This document shows, in pieces, positions 58,689 to 64,000 of a stretch of DNA of 64,000 nucleotides. The translations under genes were made by a program, and so were the position numbers. The stretch's first letter is position 1; the number at the start of each line of letters is the position of its first letter. The DNA is taken from positions 50,545 through 114,544 of the forward strand of contig CBFGKC010000010.1 of NCBI GenBank assembly GCA_965649265.1. The letters run 5' to 3'. Below the pieces are notes generated by a model that worked only from the letters and a program-made list of their open reading frames with translations, did no database searches and was not told the DNA's origin. This DNA is from a candidate division WOR-3 bacterium. Its GTDB lineage: Bacteria; Hydrothermota; Tepidihabitantia; B3-TA06.

Positions 58689-59921
58689 CTATCTCAACAC
58701 AACAGCCTTGCGAGTGATGGTTGTTTGGGATGTCTCAAGCTTGATGAAGTAGACACCCGAAGATAGAGCCGAGTTCATTGTCAGTCTGCCTGAGCCTATA
58801 ACCGTATGGGATTCGATCCTGCGGCCGGAAGGATCGTAGAGACTAATCATCCCCTGCTCGCTATTAGGAATTGAGTAAGAAACAAGGAAGGAGGAGGGGG
58901 TGTTACGGGTGATATCAAGCTGGAGGACAGAGGTGGAGGGGGTCTCACCAATGCCGCTGTACTCCCTGGTCAAAATATCGTCCTCGTCGCACTCGTCCGG
59001 GGACATGCCTGCAAGCCCGCCCGTGACAACGGTCAGCGTGTATGTGCCGCCGCCCGAACCACCGGTATAATCCTTGAAGCTGACCTCGGTGGAGTCGTCC
59101 GATGCAAGACTCGGTACGATCACCGTGTCCGCATAGGGCGTTGAGCCCTCTATTGTGGCTATCACCTTGACGTCAGTCTGATCCTCGCGGCCGTTGTTCC
59201 AGACCACAGCACGGGGATGCGTAAGGTCGCCCGATATGCGCGTGAGACCGATGTCGTAATCGGCCCAGCCGGTCAGGCGTATTGCGTCAAAAAACGCCTT
59301 CTGACCTCGCCAGCCGTTATCATCGTAACCAGATGCAAAAAGCACTAAGGAATCTAATTCCAAATCTAAAGGTAAAAGCTTGGTCTCAGCAATATCCTTT
59401 TTGAGGTCTCTAATGCACATATACCATTCACCCTGTTTGTATGCCGTATCACTGAAATACTTTGTGTAGATATCATCGGTGGGTGGAATTGCGTTCGGGT
59501 TAAGCCAACCATAAAGAACTATTATTCTTCTTTGATTTGCTGGATTAATAAATCTAAGAGTCATGGCGTAGTTTCCCATCAAGTTCTTAAGAGTATCTCT
59601 CGAGACAAACATATGCCTAAATTCAATGGTATCCAAGTCTTCAAGCTTTTTGTGATTCGTTAGAACCTCGGATACTTCTCCTGTTACACTTAAACTTGAA
59701 GAGAATGGTTTTTTTCGCGTGTCGATCGATGCGCAGTAGGAACCTACTACCGCGCTGTCAGAATCATGACTGTTCAAGTACACCGAATCAACAGTGGCAG
59801 GAATGGTTCGATACCCCCACACGCTGCTTCCTTGCTCGAACCCCGCATCTTTGATAAGGTTCACCTTCTCAAGTGCCAGGAGCATTACCGGTATCAATGT
59901 GATGTAAAGTAATCTTCTCAC
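58689..59921 (-). CDS. Secreted protein with CARDB-like and T9SS-like C-terminal domains
   Basis: GGAGG SD; signal peptide; VWNNG...VSF...GTYTLTV; LYDPSGRRI...SSGVYFIKL. Confidence 0.75.
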   Translation of the reverse strand: MRRLLYITLIPVMLLALEKVNLIKDAGFEQGSSVWGYRTIPATVDSVYLNSHDSDSAVVGSYCASIDTRKKPFSSSLSVTGEVSEVLTNHKKLEDLDTIEFRHMFVSRDTLKNLMGNYAMTLRFINPANQRRIIVLYGWLNPNAIPPTDDIYTKYFSDTAYKQGEWYMCIRDLKKDIAETKLLPLDLELDSLVLFASGYDDNGWRGQKAFFDAIRLTGWADYDIGLTRISGDLTHPRAVVWNNGREDQTDVKVIATIEGSTPYADTVIVPSLASDDSTEVSFKDYTGGSGGGTYTLTVVTGGLAGMSPDECDEDDILTREYSGIGETPSTSVLQLDITRNTPSSFLVSYSIPNSEQGMISLYDPSGRRIESHTVIGSGRLTMNSALSSGVYFIKLETSQTTITRKAVVLR

Positions 59922-59987
59922 GACAAACCTCCATTTGCAATTTCAGCTATTTTAGTGTTTCTTTTAAACATGTCAATATCCGTTATT

Positions 59988-60011
59988 GGGGAGCCGGATT
60001 CCCGGCTCCCC
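59988..60011. terminator. Strong hairpin downstream of the 60053 gene
   Basis: GGGGAGCCGG-ATTC-CCGGCTCCCC; U-tract weak. Confidence 0.5.
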
Positions 60012-60052
60012 GTGCATCTTCCGTTTTAAGTATTACCTGTCATCTGCTGCGT

Positions 60053-63000
60053 TTACTTGATCAGCACCATCTTCTTGGCACTGGTGTATTTGCCTGCTGC
60101 AAAACGCACGAAGTAGATTCCCGATGGACACTTGCGATTTCCGGAATCTATGCCTTTCCAGTTGACCGTGTAGACACCGGGAGCTGCGTTGCCTTGCACG
60201 AGATTTTTCACAAGGCGTCCCGATACGTCGTACACATTTAGGTTCACACTGGTCGCATAAGGAAGCGAGTAGCGGATGGTAGCCTGGTCTGTGAAAGGAT
60301 TGGGGAAGGGCTGATAAAGACAGAATTGAGGTTTTATCTCGGGCGGTTCATTTATTCCAATGGTCGAGTAAAGACCTTCACTGCTGCGGCGTTGCACCCA
60401 GATACGGCTAATCGGAACAAAGGTGTATGTGGATGAGGATAGACGTTTGACTTTAACGTCAACAGTATCGGTTGAAGAAGGGATCTTCGCATACCATAGA
60501 ATAGTGGAATCCGCGGCAACATCAATCGTGTCCACAATGGTATCCGCAGTGCATTCGAGTGTAATCTGAAGATTGGCAGTGCTGTCTACCTCATGATAGA
60601 ACTCCATGCGAATGCTGTAATCGAGGTCATTATCAAGGCATGCAATTTTGTATTTCAAGCTGTCTCGCCCGGAGTCGATTGTTACTTCACGGTATTCCAC
60701 GCAGGTGTCGCGGTAAACCGTGAACGGTGAACGCTTGGTATCTGATTCGAGATAAGCCGAAACGATAGGAACATAAAGTGGACGACGGATGGTGTGCAGG
60801 AAGGTGTAGGCGGAATCATCTGCGTAGTCCGCGTAGTTGGATATCCATGCAAACTCTTCAGCTTTATCGTCAATGTAAGGGTGATCGTAATATCCGGTGT
60901 AGTAACCCTGCAGCAAGAAGCTCTCGGATAGTGGATCGCGACCATAAACATGTGCCTTACGACCACTGCCCGCATATTGCACTCCGAAGAGTGAACCTTT
61001 CTCCTCGCCGCAGAGGAAGTTCGCAACCGTATCCAGGTAGAATGTATCGCGTTCTATCCATGTTGTATCGTCCTGATAACGCCAGAGCCTGATTAAGGTC
61101 GTATCACCATAACCCAGATAGGTACAGGCAATATTGCCATCGGATTTGCTCAAGTGCGGATAATGGCCCTTGCCGAGCGCCGAAGTGGTTTTGGTGGAGG
61201 AAGTTCTTTTGAAAAGCACGCATGTATCCAGGGCGCTGATCGCTCCGTACAAGGTTGAGTCGCACTTGATGATCGAGGGCGCTATCTTCAAGGTATCGAA
61301 CAACTCAGACGCTGAGGTCGAGAATCTGTAAAATAGAGTATCGGTTGGTGTTGAAGTGGGAGAACCTTCAGGGAAGCGATAGTACATAATTGCATAATAG
61401 TAATAAGTTGTTTGGAGATTGATTTTCTTCTTCCAACTCAATCTTGCGATGATGTGAGTGGTGTCGTTTTCGCTGAGAATACCTGCAGGGGCGACACGTG
61501 TGGTATCGGCTACGGTGACAGGTTTAACTATTGCGTAAGGTGTTGAGAAGGTGTCGTTAAGCTGGTAGGAGTACATAAGCGAATCGCAGTTAGTGGTTGC
61601 CCAGCAGCCTGCGCCATTCGAGAATGCTCCGTATTGACCTGTCGAGATGGTATCCGTAACCGAGAAATTGGTGCCGTCGCTCGACTCAAGGTACATTATG
61701 CGTTTCTGGGACATGGAGTTTTGCCCCGTATAGACAAGTCCTATCTTGTCTGCATCGTCGTTCATGCTTGCGATTGTCTGGTTGCAGTAGGTTGAGAACT
61801 GGTAGCCGTCAGGGGCAGTGATGTAATATGGACCCTCGGCATCGGAGTAACAGGTATCGTAGGCTGTATCTATGACCATCATTCTCAGGTAAGCGCTATT
61901 GTTAGGTGTGGCCGGCGAAACCCAGGTTAAGGTATCCGTGAAGTTCCAAACAAAGAAAGTATCATCGTCAGAGAAGCTCGTGTCAATAATTGAAGAATCA
62001 GAAGGAATGCAGCCTTTGACGTTGGTATAAGTCTCGCCGCCGTCAGCAGAGAATTGAAGGATTGCCGTATCAGCGCTGTAAAGACTCCAGAACTCGAAGG
62101 GTAGATCAAAGGTATCCTGCGGATAAATATAACCAAGAATACCTTCGGAGTTACCAAGATCCCACGGATTACCATTGGAGCCGGAAGACATTGCACGAGT
62201 CTTTTGGTCAACGAACCAGTCTGCCGTTTCAACCCACCAGTACGGAATCTTGAATACGCCGGAGTACCCTGTGTCCCTCGGGTTGGTTGTGCCATTTATG
62301 TATTCAAAGATTACGCGAACCATGCACTTGCTCGAAGAGGCACCCTGCCACATCTTACCGTTTATATCCTTGCCAACGGCCCAGGCATACTGCAGCGCCG
62401 AGTTGTTAGGTGTTGTCGCGGAAGTAAGCTGTTTGATTTGGGTCCAGGATATCGGGCTTGCCGAGCAGTCCGTTGTGTAGGCTATGTAGATATTGGTCGG
62501 GCTGTTGGTTGTTCCACGATCCCAGGTGATGTTTTTGGTTGTTCCCCTGGCCCACACTGCACCATTAGTCGGGTCTGTAACATAAACGGTGTCCATCCCA
62601 AGAGAAGCAAAAGAAACAAAATCCAATTGAATGGTCGTATCGCCTGTTCCATCTGCTCTCTCCTGAGTCCACATAACCCAGGCCTTTTTGTTGACTACAT
62701 CCCACGCTGTCTGTGGGAATCTTTCAAAAGTGTCAGTAGAGTTGCAGGTGCTTACTCTCCCTGAAAGAGCCCAAGCCGTGGATGTTGAAAATGCCTGCGA
62801 GGCTTTCTTGAAGGCGTAGTATATCTTGCAGTCGGTAAAGCTGGCATCACTCTTTTCCCAGGCAACGAAATGATCCGACAAAGGCAAGTAGCTTTCAGCA
62901 ATTTGAACGGGACCTCTATCGGGTGAATGTGCACTGCCTGCATCTGCACCGTTGATCAAGTATGCTGTATACTGATCAGGATCATTAAGGTCATAACTTG

Positions 63001-63898
63001 AGTTTGAACCCTTTCGTGCTAACCTGCAACGAATTGCAGAATAGTTAGTTGCATCAGTGAAAACGTACATGGCGTCAGAACCATGGCTGCCAACGCTAAC
63101 ATATCCACCTTGACTGGATATTCCGTCTACATTTGACCAGTAGTATTGATTGAATTCGGGGGTCGGAGTTCCCCATGGTGTACGATCGAGTCTTCTTTGG
63201 AAGACCGTTCCGCTTCCTTGCTCGGGTACTCCTAGCGCTGCCACATAATTACCGGAAAGAGCCATTTCCCAAGTGCTTCCAATCTTGCAGGCCGAGGGTG
63301 CAGCGAGCCCGTTCCCATCTAAATAGAGACCAACAGGAATGTTCTGCCAGTTGGATGGAACCGTCAAATCACTCAGGTTAAACAGCTGAGTGTTTGTGTT
63401 CGCGGAGTTGTTATAGTAGACTAAACCTTTGCTCCCCGTATTGTTAATGATTATCGATGGCGCTTTCAAGATCATACCGCTGGGAGCCGAGGTTATAGTA
63501 GCTGGACCTGTGGCCGAACCTCCGACAGGTTTCTTCCATACACGCAACCTGTTGTCGTCCCCGAAATATGCGACACAAGCGTTATATGGAGCACTATTGG
63601 CTGTTACCGCAAGAGCAGGCCATGAGGGTGAAGTCAAATTGCTGACAATGGATGTGAAGGTCCAGTTAGTTCCCTGATCGCTCGAGTAACCGTATTTGAT
63701 TACGTAGTTGGAGCCGGACTTGTCGAGAAAGCATACGTGGAGTCCACCTCCTTTATCTACAACAAGCTTGTGGCCATTCGCAAAACGGGTCGCATCAGCG
63801 CGATAGACTTCAGCAACTTGTGTTGCCGAAAGAATAATGGGTACGACCAGCACAGCAGTGCTTATGAGGGCGAGACCTATATTTAAGGTTCTTCGCAT
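60053..63898 (-). CDS. Large secreted multidomain protein with FlgD/T9SS C-terminal domain
   Basis: AAGGAGG SD before MRRTL (63898); signal peptide; BNR-like SSDQGTNW, SADGGETY, SSDGTNF; PNPF...VYDVSGRLVKNL...SGIYFVRF. Confidence 0.82.
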   Translation of the reverse strand: MRRTLNIGLALISTAVLVVPIILSATQVAEVYRADATRFANGHKLVVDKGGGLHVCFLDKSGSNYVIKYGYSSDQGTNWTFTSIVSNLTSPSWPALAVTANSAPYNACVAYFGDDNRLRVWKKPVGGSATGPATITSAPSGMILKAPSIIINNTGSKGLVYYNNSANTNTQLFNLSDLTVPSNWQNIPVGLYLDGNGLAAPSACKIGSTWEMALSGNYVAALGVPEQGSGTVFQRRLDRTPWGTPTPEFNQYYWSNVDGISSQGGYVSVGSHGSDAMYVFTDATNYSAIRCRLARKGSNSSYDLNDPDQYTAYLINGADAGSAHSPDRGPVQIAESYLPLSDHFVAWEKSDASFTDCKIYYAFKKASQAFSTSTAWALSGRVSTCNSTDTFERFPQTAWDVVNKKAWVMWTQERADGTGDTTIQLDFVSFASLGMDTVYVTDPTNGAVWARGTTKNITWDRGTTNSPTNIYIAYTTDCSASPISWTQIKQLTSATTPNNSALQYAWAVGKDINGKMWQGASSSKCMVRVIFEYINGTTNPRDTGYSGVFKIPYWWVETADWFVDQKTRAMSSGSNGNPWDLGNSEGILGYIYPQDTFDLPFEFWSLYSADTAILQFSADGGETYTNVKGCIPSDSSIIDTSFSDDDTFFVWNFTDTLTWVSPATPNNSAYLRMMVIDTAYDTCYSDAEGPYYITAPDGYQFSTYCNQTIASMNDDADKIGLVYTGQNSMSQKRIMYLESSDGTNFSVTDTISTGQYGAFSNGAGCWATTNCDSLMYSYQLNDTFSTPYAIVKPVTVADTTRVAPAGILSENDTTHIIARLSWKKKINLQTTYYYYAIMYYRFPEGSPTSTPTDTLFYRFSTSASELFDTLKIAPSIIKCDSTLYGAISALDTCVLFKRTSSTKTTSALGKGHYPHLSKSDGNIACTYLGYGDTTLIRLWRYQDDTTWIERDTFYLDTVANFLCGEEKGSLFGVQYAGSGRKAHVYGRDPLSESFLLQGYYTGYYDHPYIDDKAEEFAWISNYADYADDSAYTFLHTIRRPLYVPIVSAYLESDTKRSPFTVYRDTCVEYREVTIDSGRDSLKYKIACLDNDLDYSIRMEFYHEVDSTANLQITLECTADTIVDTIDVAADSTILWYAKIPSSTDTVDVKVKRLSSSTYTFVPISRIWVQRRSSEGLYSTIGINEPPEIKPQFCLYQPFPNPFTDQATIRYSLPYATSVNLNVYDVSGRLVKNLVQGNAAPGVYTVNWKGIDSGNRKCPSGIYFVRFAAGKYTSAKKMVLIK

Positions 63899-64000
63899 AA
63901 AAACCTCCTTCATTGTTTTTATTTCCCCTCTATATAGAAACACCTTCTTTAATTTTAATATATTTTACCTTTAAATCAGTCAAATAATACTTTTTTTTAG

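Noticed and set aside
54285-64000. Second att site (tRNA fragment) closing the element
   Set aside because: No copy of the tRNA-Lys sequence found by eye in the intergenic regions, so the right boundary is left open

Overview
Bacterial chromosomal window from a diderm organism. The PorU/gingipain-like C25 protease, the Omp85 fusion and seven proteins with T9SS/FlgD-like C-terminal domains suggest the FCB group, e.g. WOR-3-like (inference). Housekeeping genes: glmS, metG, rpmE, prfB (programmed +1 frameshift), aspS, rpmA and tRNA-Lys. A five-gene signalling cluster includes a 2691-aa sensor kinase with 3 PAS and about 11 GAF domains. The accessory content is the most interesting part. (1) A small integrative element next to a tRNA-Lys with a mismatched, possibly chimeric anticodon stem; it carries a tyrosine integrase, a minimal HUH Rep, a non-coding array of four ~59-bp repeats and a type IIG-like R-M gene. 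(2) Two parallel islets, upstream of metG and aspS, that share 11-bp phased repeats and a REP-like end motif and carry AT-rich cargo genes. (3) An AT-rich HEPN three-gene operon and a nucleotidyltransferase two-gene operon. Several genes appear to be transcribed as leaderless mRNAs. All family assignments are by motif recognition only; no searches were run.
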